64,000 bases of DNA from Myxococcota bacterium (lineage in GTDB: Bacteria; Myxococcota_A; UBA9160; JAFDDA01): assembly GCA_965228475.1 (NCBI GenBank), contig OZ245817.1, positions 3,552,001-3,616,000 on the forward strand, written 5' to 3'. The position numbers and the translations under genes were made by a program. The notes beneath the pieces are model-generated. The model worked only from the letters and a program-made list of their open reading frames with translations, did no database searches and was not told the DNA's origin. Shown piece after piece: positions 9,280 to 18,433 of the stretch (positions within the stretch are counted from its first letter, which is position 1; every line of letters begins with the position of its first letter).

Positions 9280-12200
9280 TCACGGCGAGCGCTCGAGGAG
9301 CGCTCGGGCGACGCGGCCGTCGAGGGGGTCGGGTTCTTCCGGCCAGCCGTCGAGCGACCGTTCGATGAGCCGGCGGGCTTCGGCCGGGCGGCCCGCATCG
9401 ACGTGCCAGCGGGCGAGATCGATCGCGGCCCGGAGACCGAAGGCGCGCGCACCGCGTGCTTCGGCCAGGGCAAGCGCCCGTTCGAGCGCCTCGACCCCAG
9501 CCGCGTCTCCCGCGTCGAGCCGGAGCCGCGCCGCACCCTGGAGTCGCAGCAGTTCGGGCTCCCCGAGACGGCTGAGGGTACCGGAGGTGATCTCCAGCCC
9601 GGCGTCGACGGATTGCAGGGCCTCCTCGACCCGGCCGGCCTGGAGCTGGCTCTCGGCGAGGTGGCTCAACAGGAGATCCACGTAGAGGACGGCGCCCGCG
9701 GCTCGGGCCTCGGCGACGGTCCGCGCTGCCCGGTCCAGGGCCGCCGGCTGCCTCGAAAAGGCGTCCGCACAGGCGCCCTGCGCAGAAGCCACCTTCTCGA
9801 GGAACAGGATTCCATGATCGCGGCTCGAAGCTTCGGTCGGACGGGCGAGAGCCAACGCATCCTCCCTCGATCGGCGCAGAAGGTGAAGCGCAGCGATGAA
9901 GGTGCCAGCCAGGGCGCGGTTGAGCGCCTCGCTCGAACGCTCGGCCGTCGCGAGGGCGCACCTGGCGTGTCGATCCGCTTCCGCCCTTCGCCCGCTCAGC
10001 CACTCGACGAGCGCCAGGTACTCGTGCGCCACCACCTCGAGGTCTTCCGGGTAGACCTCGAGGGGCTTCACGCCGTGGGTTCGCCAGTCTTCGAGGACTC
10101 CCTCGAGGAGCGGGCGGCAGCGATCCAACTCGCCCTTCCAAAGGGCGATCTCTCCCTGCCCGGCCCGCGCGTAGAGGGCGACGCGACGGTCGCCGGCTCG
10201 CTCCGCGGCCTCGAGCAGGGCATCGGCGCGGGTCTCCGCATCGAGGGCGCCCGCCGTCCGATAGGATCCGAGCAACGCGACCAGGGTGGAGAGTCGGCTT
10301 GGCGTCTTCGGGTCCAGGCTCAGACACGCTTCGTGGGCTCGATGGAAGACCCCCCGGGCCGCCTCCGAACCCCAGCCGAGCGTCGCGGACAGCGCGTAGC
10401 CGAGCCCGGAAAGAATGATCACTTCGCGCTCGCGATCGACGACGCCCGGCGGCAGGCCGTCCACCGCCGCGAGGGCCCGCTCGAAGTGATGTCGCGCCTC
10501 GCGATACGCACAGACCTGCTGGGCCGCGGCCCCGGCCTCGACCCAGGCCTCGAGTGCCTCTTCCAGACGCCCCGCCCGCTCGGCATGATGGGCGAGCCAT
10601 TCCGGGTGCTCCGACAGCTCCGGGGCGAACCGCTCGCGCAGCAAGGCGCACACCTGCCCGTGCAGGGACCGTCGCTCCGGAGCGGGAATCGATTCGTAGG
10701 CGGCTTCCTCGATCAGCGCGTGGCGAAAGGCGTAGGCCGTACCGCCGTGCGCGTCCGCTCGACGGGTCAGAATCTCGGCTTCGACCAGGCCGGCGAGGTG
10801 GTGGTCCACCGCCGCAGGATCTCCATCCGCGAGCGCTCGCAACTGGGGCGTCGAGAAGTCGCGACCCAGGACGGAGGCGAGTTGAGCGAGCACCTTGCCC
10901 CGGCCGAGGCCGTCGAGACGCGCCATCAGGAGGTCCTGCAGGCTCGCCGGAATGCTCTCGCCCGAAGCACCCTCGAGCGATTCGAAACAGCGGATCAACT
11001 CGCCGACGAACAAGGGGTTGCCATCGGCTCTGGTGAAGACACGATCGACCGCCTCGGCCCGGACGTCGCTTCCGAGTCGCCCTTCCATCATCCGGCGCAC
11101 CTCACTCTTCCGCATGCGCCGAAGTGCGACGGGCGTGACGTGTTCGCGTCCCAACCAATCCAGCTGCATCCCGGGGCGGGCCGAGAGCACCAGCAGCAAC
11201 CGACTGGTCGGGATCTCCTGCACGAGCCCCTCGACCACTTCGAGCGAGCTCGGGTCCGCGAAATGCAGATCTTCGACGACGAGGACCGCCGGGCCCGGCG
11301 CTCCGAGCGCCAGGGCCCACCGCACCAGCAGATCCTTGGTTCGACGGCTCACCTGCTCGGGGGCGAGCGTCTCGGACGGTTCGCCACCGGGCAACGGGAT
11401 GCGGAGCAGCTGCGCGACCAGCGGAAGGGCATCCTCCGCATCGGCCAGGCCCGAGCGCGAAACCCCCGCGCGCAGGATCTCGTAGGCGTGTTTCGGGTCT
11501 CGCGCCTCCCGCAGCGAGAGCTGTTCCCGAACGAGCTCGACCAGGGAGTGCAAGGGGCTCTGCTGCGAGAAGGATCGATTGCGGCACTCCGCCACGAAGC
11601 GTGGAGCCGTGCCGAGGCGAGCGCGAAGCTCTGCGACGAGTCGGGACTTCCCCACTCCGGCCTCGCCCGTCACGAGGACGACCTGCCCGACTCCCTCGAG
11701 CACCTGCTCGAAGCGATCCTCCAGCAGGGCCAGTTCCTGGGTTCGACCGACGAGGGCGTGGCGGTGGGCGGGGGTGCCTTCGCGCGGAGAGAGAACCTCG
11801 AAGGTCGACACCTGGGCGCTGTCGGGTCGTGGGCGAACTTCGAAACCGTCGCCACACGTCGCCAGGACCGCCTCCGTGGCGACGACGCTCCCGGCCGGGG
11901 CGCTCTGAAGGAGCCGTCGCGCGATCGTGAGCGTCGGCCCGAAGGTTCGGGGGCGCCCTGGCCCCTCTTCGATCAACGCGGGTCCCGTGTGGACGGCCAC
12001 CGCGACGGCCATCGGGGCCTGCGCGTCGAAATCCTGCCCAAAGGCCTCGCGCACTTCACACGCGGCACGCAGGGCGCGCTCGGGAGCATCTTCGAGCGCG
12101 GCCGGATGGCCGAAGTAGGCGATGAAGCCCTCGGCCTGAGGCTCGGCCACGGAGCCTCCGTAGCGAGCGACGACGGCCTCGCAGCGGGCGAGGGCCCCGC

Positions 12201-13350
12201 GCACGCGCTCGTCGAGCGCCTCGAGTTCGAGGTCCGACGCCAGCGCATCGCTGTTGCGCAGCTCGACGCACCAGACGGTGAGCGGCCGTCGCGCCCGCCG
12301 ACCGAGATGCTCGCTGGTGGACGTGAGCGAACCGGGCCGCGTCTCCGTGGCCGCGTCCGCGTTTCCCTCAAGCAGCTCGGCCAGCGCGGCGGCACTCGCC
12401 GGCCGCGCCGCGGGATCCTTCGCGAGGGCCTGGAGGATCGCCGCCTCGAGGTCCCGCGGCACGCCCGGCGCGCGCCGGGAAGGCTTTTCCGGGTCGGCGA
12501 AACGCTGCAGCTCGGACAGCGCTGCGGCCGTCTGGGCACGGAACGTCGCCTCTCCGGTCAGGAGCTCATGGAGAACGAGACCCAGCGCGTAGAGGTCCGT
12601 GCGCTCGCTCACCTCCGCGTCGAAGACGAGCTGCTCGGGGGCCATGTAGGCCGGCGTGCCGACCAGCGCTCCCGACCCGCCGTGCTCACGGGTCGTCGCA
12701 ATTCCGAAATCGACGATTCGCGGCTCTCCTTCGGCGTCGAGCAGGATGTTCGCGGGCTTGAGGTCGCGGTGAAGGACCCCCCGGTCGTGGGCCGCCTGGA
12801 GGCCGGCGCACAGGCGCGCGCCGATCCGGCGAACCCGCTCGGGAGACAGCGGGCCGACCCGCTTCAGCAGATCCGAGAGATCGCCGCCGTCCACGTACTC
12901 CATGGTCAAGAACAGTTCGTCGCCGACCTGGCCGACGTCGTACACGCGGCCCACCGCCGGGTGGGTCACTTCGCGTGCGAGGCGCACCTCCTCGAGCAGC
13001 CGGTCGCGATGCTCGGGACCCGGGTCACGAACCCGCTTCAGGGCGACGGTGACGCCGAGCGCCGTGTCCTCCACGCGGAAGACCTCGCCCATGCCGCCGT
13101 GCCCGATGCGTTCGAGCACACGGTAGCGGTCGGCAAGGAGGGTCCCGGTCCCGAGAACGGCCGAGCTGGCGGCTTCGCGCAGGGGAACGTGATGGCGGAG
13201 CAACGACTCGACCTCCTCTCGGAGGGAATCGTCCCCGGGGCATTCTCGTTCGAGGAAGCCGGCGCGCGCCTCGCCCTCGAGCTTCACCGCCTCGAGGAAC
13301 AGCTCCCGGACCCGTTCGAAGCGGCTCTTTCCCGAACCCGTGTTCTCCAG
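9280..13350 (-). CDS. Ser/Thr kinase - degenerate class III cyclase - AAA/STAND ATPase - TPR fusion
   Basis: GHGGMGEV, VALK, HRDLKPAN, DFG, APE; cyclase-like segment; Walker A GEAGVGKS and Walker B VLVVEDLH; helical repeats. Start proposed at CTG 13350 after AGGAGG (ORF track start 13287). Confidence 0.9.
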   Translation of the reverse strand: MENTGSGKSRFERVRELFLEAVKLEGEARAGFLERECPGDDSLREEVESLLRHHVPLREAASSAVLGTGTLLADRYRVLERIGHGGMGEVFRVEDTALGVTVALKRVRDPGPEHRDRLLEEVRLAREVTHPAVGRVYDVGQVGDELFLTMEYVDGGDLSDLLKRVGPLSPERVRRIGARLCAGLQAAHDRGVLHRDLKPANILLDAEGEPRIVDFGIATTREHGGSGALVGTPAYMAPEQLVFDAEVSERTDLYALGLVLHELLTGEATFRAQTAAALSELQRFADPEKPSRRAPGVPRDLEAAILQALAKDPAARPASAAALAELLEGNADAATETRPGSLTSTSEHLGRRARRPLTVWCVELRNSDALASDLELEALDERVRGALARCEAVVARYGGSVAEPQAEGFIAYFGHPAALEDAPERALRAACEVREAFGQDFDAQAPMAVAVAVHTGPALIEEGPGRPRTFGPTLTIARRLLQSAPAGSVVATEAVLATCGDGFEVRPRPDSAQVSTFEVLSPREGTPAHRHALVGRTQELALLEDRFEQVLEGVGQVVLVTGEAGVGKSRLVAELRARLGTAPRFVAECRNRSFSQQSPLHSLVELVREQLSLREARDPKHAYEILRAGVSRSGLADAEDALPLVAQLLRIPLPGGEPSETLAPEQVSRRTKDLLVRWALALGAPGPAVLVVEDLHFADPSSLEVVEGLVQEIPTSRLLLVLSARPGMQLDWLGREHVTPVALRRMRKSEVRRMMEGRLGSDVRAEAVDRVFTRADGNPLFVGELIRCFESLEGASGESIPASLQDLLMARLDGLGRGKVLAQLASVLGRDFSTPQLRALADGDPAAVDHHLAGLVEAEILTRRADAHGGTAYAFRHALIEEAAYESIPAPERRSLHGQVCALLRERFAPELSEHPEWLAHHAERAGRLEEALEAWVEAGAAAQQVCAYREARHHFERALAAVDGLPPGVVDREREVIILSGLGYALSATLGWGSEAARGVFHRAHEACLSLDPKTPSRLSTLVALLGSYRTAGALDAETRADALLEAAERAGDRRVALYARAGQGEIALWKGELDRCRPLLEGVLEDWRTHGVKPLEVYPEDLEVVAHEYLALVEWLSGRRAEADRHARCALATAERSSEALNRALAGTFIAALHLLRRSREDALALARPTEASSRDHGILFLEKVASAQGACADAFSRQPAALDRAARTVAEARAAGAVLYVDLLLSHLAESQLQAGRVEEALQSVDAGLEITSGTLSRLGEPELLRLQGAARLRLDAGDAAGVEALERALALAEARGARAFGLRAAIDLARWHVDAGRPAEARRLIERSLDGWPEEPDPLDGRVARALLERSP

Positions 13351-13437
13351 GGGACCTCCTCGGTTTCCCCGCTTCAGTCTATCCGATCCCCGCGTGACGC
13401 GGACCGCATGCCGTTCGAACGGCGCTTCGAGCGAGGC

Positions 13438-16400
13438 TCAAACCCGCGCCCGTGCGGGGAACTCGACGCGGAAGAACAGGGCGTAGAGGGCGGGGACGGC
13501 GAGGAGGGTGAGCAGCGTTCCGAAGCCGATCCCGAAACTGATCACCACAGCCATCGCCGAGAAGAGCGGGTCTGCCGGAACCATGAGCGGGATCAGCCCG
13601 AGCACGGTCGTGAGCGTCGTCATCATGACCGGCTGGAAGCGGGAGACCGACGCAAAGACCACCGCATCGTATGGCGTCTCGCCCGAATCGATCTCGCTCT
13701 GGATCGTTTCCAACAGGACGATCGCATTGTTGATGATGATGCCCGCGAGGGAAAGAAAACCGAGCGTCGCCATGAAACCCAGGTAGGAGTCCGTGAGCCA
13801 GAGGCCCGCGATGGCCCCGATGAAGGTGATCGGGATCGTGATGAAGACGATCGCCGGCTTCAGGAAGGAATTGAACTGCCACACCAGGATGACGACCATG
13901 GCTGCCAGGGCGTGTGGCACGAACGCCGCGAGCGCCTGGTTCGCATCGTTCGCATCCTTGGTCTCGCCGTCCAACTGGAGTGAGTAGCCGAGCGGGAGTT
14001 CCGAGGAGAGTCGTTCCAGAGCGGGTGCAAGTTCCTCTTCGAGCTGCGCCGCCTGGAGCCAGGCGTGTTTGGCGCTGATCGTGATCGTCCGGGCGAGGTC
14101 ACGGCGTTCGATTCGCGAGAGCTGCGTGCGCGCTTCGAAATCCGCGACCTGCAGGAGCCCCACGTCCGCCCCACGTCCCTCGGAGTAGATGTTCAGACTT
14201 CGGACGCGGTCCAGGTTCCGGCGTTCGGAATCGATCGCCCGGAACACGACCGGGATGACGCGGTCCGCCTCGCGGTAGTCGGTCACGTACTCTCCGCTGA
14301 AGTAGCCGTTCAGACTCGTCGCGACCTCCCGGGAAGAGACGCCCGCACGTCGGGCCCGGGGTTGATCCACGCGGATGCGGACCTTGCTGACGCGATTCTC
14401 CCAGTCGCTGTGCACGTCGATCGTCCCGGGGATGGCACGCAGGGCCGACCGGACGTCTTCCCCGAGAGCCGCCAGGCGATCGCGGTGCTGGCCGGAGACG
14501 CGGATCTTCACGAGACCGGTCTCCGAGGTGCCGAGCCAGAACTTCTTGACGCGACTGAAGACGACCGGGTGGTGCTCGGTCATGCGACGCCGCGTGCGGT
14601 CGAGGAGCGCGTCCACGGCCTCGACCGACTTCGTGTTGACGAGCACGAAGGCGACGTTGGGAGCCGCGTCGCGCGGCGAGAGCGGCACGAAGAAACGCGG
14701 GCCCCCGTAGCCCACGTAGGCGACGTGGCTCGCGACCTCGGGGTTCGTCTCCTCGTCGCCCAGCCAGTCGAGGAGCCGACGGACCTCCGCATCCGTTGCA
14801 TGAAAGCCGTACCCGGCGGGCAGGTCCACGTAGATCATGAATTGGGATCGCGGCGAGTTCGGCATGAACTGCTGGGGCACTTCCTCGAGCAGCACGACGG
14901 AACTCGCCAGCGCAGCGCCGATGGCCGACACGAACGAGACGGGCCGCCGCAGGACTCTCTCGAGCAGCGCCCGGTAGATCTGGAACATGCGTCCCTCGTA
15001 GGCTCGAGCGATCTGCTCGGGCGTCAGGATCTCCGGCTGCATCCAGCGGACGCACAGGAGCGGGGTCACGCACACGGCCAGCAGCCAGGAACACAGCAAG
15101 GTGACGGCGATCACGATCGTCATGGAGCGCAGGTATTCGCCGGTGTCGTCCGGCGCGAGGGCGAGAGGCATGAACGCCAGGATGGTCGTGATCGACGAGG
15201 TGAGCAGGGGAATCGCGAGGCTCCGGCCCGCGGCAATCGCAGCGTCACGGCGGTCTTCGCCCTCCCGAAGCCGGCGCCCGATCTCCTCCGCCATGACGAT
15301 GCCATTGTCGACGAGCAGCCCGAGGGCGATGATGAGCGTCGCCAGGCTGACGCGCTGCAACTCGATTCCGAGCACTCGCATGATGACGATCGTGAGGAGC
15401 ATGGTCATCGGCACGACGGTCCCGACGATGAGACCCGTCCGGACGCCCAGGAACACCATCACGACGACCAACACGATGCCGAGCGTCTCGTAGACGTTCA
15501 GCGCGACGCCCTGAACGGACTCCGCGACGTAACGCGCCTGGTAGGTGGCGAACTCCATCTGGTAGCCGACCGGGAGGCCCGCTTCGATCCGTTTCACCCG
15601 CTCGCGCAGCCGCGGGCCGAATTCCAGCACGTTGCCGCCCTTCATCATGGAGACCGCCAGGACCACCGCTGGCCGTCCCCCGAAGTAGGCCTTCGTCTCG
15701 GGCGGATCCACATACGCGCGATTGACGCGAACGAGGTCTTTCAGGTAGGCGACGTCCCCCGTCGCGGGGATCCGGATCAACAGGTTCTCGATGTCCTCGA
15801 CCGTCTCGAAGCTTCCCGAGGGCTCGATTGCCACGCTCAGCAGGCCGGTGTCGACGCTCCCACCCGGAAGGATCACGTTCTGGTCCCGCAGCGTCCGCTC
15901 GAGCTCGATCGGTGAGATGCCGTAGCGAGCCAGACGGGCGTCGCTCGTTTCGAGGTAGACCTGCTCGCGTTGTGCGCCGTGGAGAACCACCTTCTTCACG
16001 CCGTCGAGCGAGTAGATCTCGTCGCGCGCGGCTCGGGCCACGTCGCGCAGCTCGTGCATCGAGAAGCCGGCGGCCGTGATGGCGACCGTGGCCACGTAGA
16101 CGTCTCCGAACTCGTCGTTCACGAAGGGGCCGGCCGTACCTTCCGGCAGATCCTCCCGGACGTCGTTCATCTTGTTGCGCAGGTCCTGCCAGATGCGGGC
16201 CATGTCGAAGAAGCGATCCGAAACGATCACGTGCACGATCGCCATGCCCGCCTTCGAGCTGGCCTGGATGTGCTCCACCTCGGGAATCAACCGGATCTTC
16301 TTCTCGAGCTTGCGGGTGATCAGGTCTTCCACCCGCTCGGGCGACATGCCGGGATAGAGCGCGGTCACCACCGCTTCCCTCACGGTGACCTCGGGATCCT

Positions 16401-16506
16401 CCTTGCTCGGAAAGTCCAGATAGAAGGCCACCCCTGCGGCCATCGACAGCGCCGTGAGCAGACCGACGAGCCGCTCGTTGTCGAGGGCGAAGCGAGTCAG
16501 ATTCAT
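13438..16506 (-). CDS. RND efflux transporter permease (AcrB/AcrD/AcrF family)
   Basis: 1022 aa; YPGMSPERVE, ALGLLVDNGIV, RFQPVMMTTLTTVLGLIPL. Confidence 0.95.
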   Translation of the reverse strand: MNLTRFALDNERLVGLLTALSMAAGVAFYLDFPSKEDPEVTVREAVVTALYPGMSPERVEDLITRKLEKKIRLIPEVEHIQASSKAGMAIVHVIVSDRFFDMARIWQDLRNKMNDVREDLPEGTAGPFVNDEFGDVYVATVAITAAGFSMHELRDVARAARDEIYSLDGVKKVVLHGAQREQVYLETSDARLARYGISPIELERTLRDQNVILPGGSVDTGLLSVAIEPSGSFETVEDIENLLIRIPATGDVAYLKDLVRVNRAYVDPPETKAYFGGRPAVVLAVSMMKGGNVLEFGPRLRERVKRIEAGLPVGYQMEFATYQARYVAESVQGVALNVYETLGIVLVVVMVFLGVRTGLIVGTVVPMTMLLTIVIMRVLGIELQRVSLATLIIALGLLVDNGIVMAEEIGRRLREGEDRRDAAIAAGRSLAIPLLTSSITTILAFMPLALAPDDTGEYLRSMTIVIAVTLLCSWLLAVCVTPLLCVRWMQPEILTPEQIARAYEGRMFQIYRALLERVLRRPVSFVSAIGAALASSVVLLEEVPQQFMPNSPRSQFMIYVDLPAGYGFHATDAEVRRLLDWLGDEETNPEVASHVAYVGYGGPRFFVPLSPRDAAPNVAFVLVNTKSVEAVDALLDRTRRRMTEHHPVVFSRVKKFWLGTSETGLVKIRVSGQHRDRLAALGEDVRSALRAIPGTIDVHSDWENRVSKVRIRVDQPRARRAGVSSREVATSLNGYFSGEYVTDYREADRVIPVVFRAIDSERRNLDRVRSLNIYSEGRGADVGLLQVADFEARTQLSRIERRDLARTITISAKHAWLQAAQLEEELAPALERLSSELPLGYSLQLDGETKDANDANQALAAFVPHALAAMVVILVWQFNSFLKPAIVFITIPITFIGAIAGLWLTDSYLGFMATLGFLSLAGIIINNAIVLLETIQSEIDSGETPYDAVVFASVSRFQPVMMTTLTTVLGLIPLMVPADPLFSAMAVVISFGIGFGTLLTLLAVPALYALFFRVEFPARARV

Positions 16507-17609
16507 CGGAGCCGGCCTCCTGCCACCTGCTCCGGTTCGGCCCCGAACAGGGTGACGGGCTGATCGTCCGAGAGGAACTCGACGCCCGCGGCGGCCACGA
16601 TCATCCCCGCCTCGAGACCCTCGGAGACCTCGACCTGGTTGTTGCGCAGGCCGGATACCACGATCTCCGTCCGCTTCACCGTCCCCGTTGCCGCGTCGTA
16701 GACGAATACCGAGTAGGCGTCGTCCGCCTCTGCACGGAGCGCCGCCAGGGGTAGATGGACTCCCGACGAAGCGGCTCGCCGCCCCACGTAGACGAACTCG
16801 GCCTCTACGGTCATGCCCGGACGCATCTTCTCGGGGCGTTCGAGGAGTCGGATCTTCATCGGGAAGGCGTCGGCGATGCCAGCCCGGGAGCCGAGCTGGG
16901 AGATCCGGCCGGGGACCCGCTCTCCGGCGAGGGTGGGAAAGACGACCGTCACCGGGTCGCCCGCGGCGACGTAGAGGGCCACGGCCTCGGGAGCTGCGAG
17001 CGCCACTTCGTAGGAACGTTCGCTATCGAGCTCGAAGAGGGGCTCGCCCGCGGGGACTTCGACGAAGGCGTCCACCTTCTTCAGGGAGATGACGCCATCG
17101 AAAGGCGCGCGAAGGACCGCGTTGTTCAAGTCGCGCCGGGCGAGGCCCAGCTCGGCGCGAGCGGCCCGCGTGAGCCCCTCCGCATTCGCATGGGCCGCTC
17201 GCACGCGGTCGTAGGCGGACTGGCTGACGGCGCCGGCGTCCAACATCCGCTGGTATCGAGCGAACTCGGCCTGCTGGCGAATTCGCTCGGCCTCGGCCTG
17301 GCTCACGCGCGCCTGGGCCCGGTGCACGGCCAACTCGAACGGCTGCACGTCGAGTTCGGCGAGCACGTCGCCCTTCGAGACGCGGTCACCCAGGGAGGCC
17401 ACGACCCGCCGGACGCGGCCCGAGACTTCGAAGGAGAGCTGGCTCTCGACGGTGGGGCGCACCGTGCCGGAGATCCTGCGCTCCTCGGCGGCTCCTTCTT
17501 CCTGCACCCGCACCCACTTGATGGCCCGCAGGGGGATCTCGGGGGGCGGCGGTTCGGCGCCGCAGCCGACGACGGCCAACAGGCTGGCGAGAGCGATTCG
17601 TGACCTCAT
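16503..17609 (-). CDS. RND periplasmic adaptor (membrane fusion) lipoprotein
   Basis: Lipobox-like VVGC; LSFEVSGRV...GDVLAELD, LRAPFDGVI, RPGMTV; ATG 17609 with GGAGG SD. Confidence 0.9.
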   Translation of the reverse strand: MRSRIALASLLAVVGCGAEPPPPEIPLRAIKWVRVQEEGAAEERRISGTVRPTVESQLSFEVSGRVRRVVASLGDRVSKGDVLAELDVQPFELAVHRAQARVSQAEAERIRQQAEFARYQRMLDAGAVSQSAYDRVRAAHANAEGLTRAARAELGLARRDLNNAVLRAPFDGVISLKKVDAFVEVPAGEPLFELDSERSYEVALAAPEAVALYVAAGDPVTVVFPTLAGERVPGRISQLGSRAGIADAFPMKIRLLERPEKMRPGMTVEAEFVYVGRRAASSGVHLPLAALRAEADDAYSVFVYDAATGTVKRTEIVVSGLRNNQVEVSEGLEAGMIVAAAGVEFLSDDQPVTLFGAEPEQVAGGRLR

Positions 17610-17629
17610 GAGAGCCTCCCTGTGGCTTG

Positions 17630-17659
17630 AAACGCCACATCGGGAGGGAAGTCCCGCAA
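17630..17659 (-). promoter_or_regulatory. Putative ECF sigma promoter, copy 3 (RND operon)
   Basis: Minus strand TTGCGGGACTT-CCCTCCCGATGTG-GCGTTT; 20 nt before the ATG at 17609. Confidence 0.65.
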
Positions 17660-17783
17660 CCCTGATCGGGGTCGCCCTCACGGAAGGCGCCCCCGGGGCG
17701 CGGCGGGGGCCCTGGGGGGCGCGGCAAGCTCGGGGACTCGCCTGCCAGGTGCGAGGGACGTCCGCCGGGAAGGCTCGACGCCG

Positions 17784-17813
17784 TTGCGGGGTTTTTCGCG
17801 AAAGGTGGCGTTT
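17784..17813 (+). promoter_or_regulatory. Putative ECF sigma promoter, copy 4 (secreted protein)
   Basis: TTGCGGGGTTT-TTCGCGAAAGGTG-GCGTTT; 28 nt before the ATG at 17842. Confidence 0.65.
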
Positions 17814-17841
17814 CCCGGTGAGTGCCCATGAAGGAGACCCC

Positions 17842-18369
17842 ATGCGATCCCGAAGCCTCTTTGCCCTCGCCTCGCTCGGCACCCTCATCGCCGCAGGCCC
17901 CGCCGCGGCTGCCGGCTACGACCACGTCCTCTCCGTGGCCGCCGACCGCTCCCCGGTGACCCTCCGGGTCGGCCCCGGGGATACGATGACCTGGCTGAGC
18001 CTCCTCAAGCAGCCGGTCTGGGTGGAGCTGCGCCGCCAAGGTCGGCGAGATGCCTGCCCCGACGGTCGACGAGACGTCCGGATGCTCCTGCTTCCGGGTT
18101 CCTCGGTGAAGAGCTGCTGGCTGCACGAGGGCGTCTACGAGTACCGGGTGCTCGCTTCCGCCCCGAGGTCCGACGGTTGGGCGCGCACGAAAGCGATCGA
18201 ACTCCTGCTCGCCGACCACCCGCTGCGTCCCTTGGACGAGCAGGCCCGCGCAGAAGAACACGAGCGGGTCCGCGCGAGGCGCGAGGCGCGCGATCGTGCC
18301 GAGAGCCGGGACGCCGTGAGCTTCCGAAGAGCGGCGGTGGTCGGGACGTCGCTCCTCGGCACGCCCTAG
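17842..18369 (+). CDS. Hypothetical secreted protein, possibly cupredoxin-like fold
   Basis: AAGGAG SD; signal peptide ending AAA; VTLRVGPGDTMTW and GVYEYRV resemble cupredoxin strands. Confidence 0.6.
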   Translation: MRSRSLFALASLGTLIAAGPAAAAGYDHVLSVAADRSPVTLRVGPGDTMTWLSLLKQPVWVELRRQGRRDACPDGRRDVRMLLLPGSSVKSCWLHEGVYEYRVLASAPRSDGWARTKAIELLLADHPLRPLDEQARAEEHERVRARREARDRAESRDAVSFRRAAVVGTSLLGTP

Positions 18370-18433
18370 GACGACGTGGCGACGGCCCGGGCGCGTGGAT
18401 GGAGGGTCCGGGCTCACGCCCGGACGTCGCAGA

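Noticed and set aside
9280..13350. TOMM/RiPP-associated kinase-cyclase fusion
   Set aside because: Similar architecture, but no YcaO, precursor peptide or other RiPP genes in the window; context points to the ECF sigma.
13410..13423. Perfect palindrome GCCGTTCGAACGGC between RND and kinase genes
   Set aside because: Short GC-rich hairpin with no U-tract and no second copy; function cannot be supported.
9214..13983. 1589-aa plus-strand ORF
   Set aside because: Antisense shadow of the kinase gene; no recognisable motifs; typical of high-GC codon bias.
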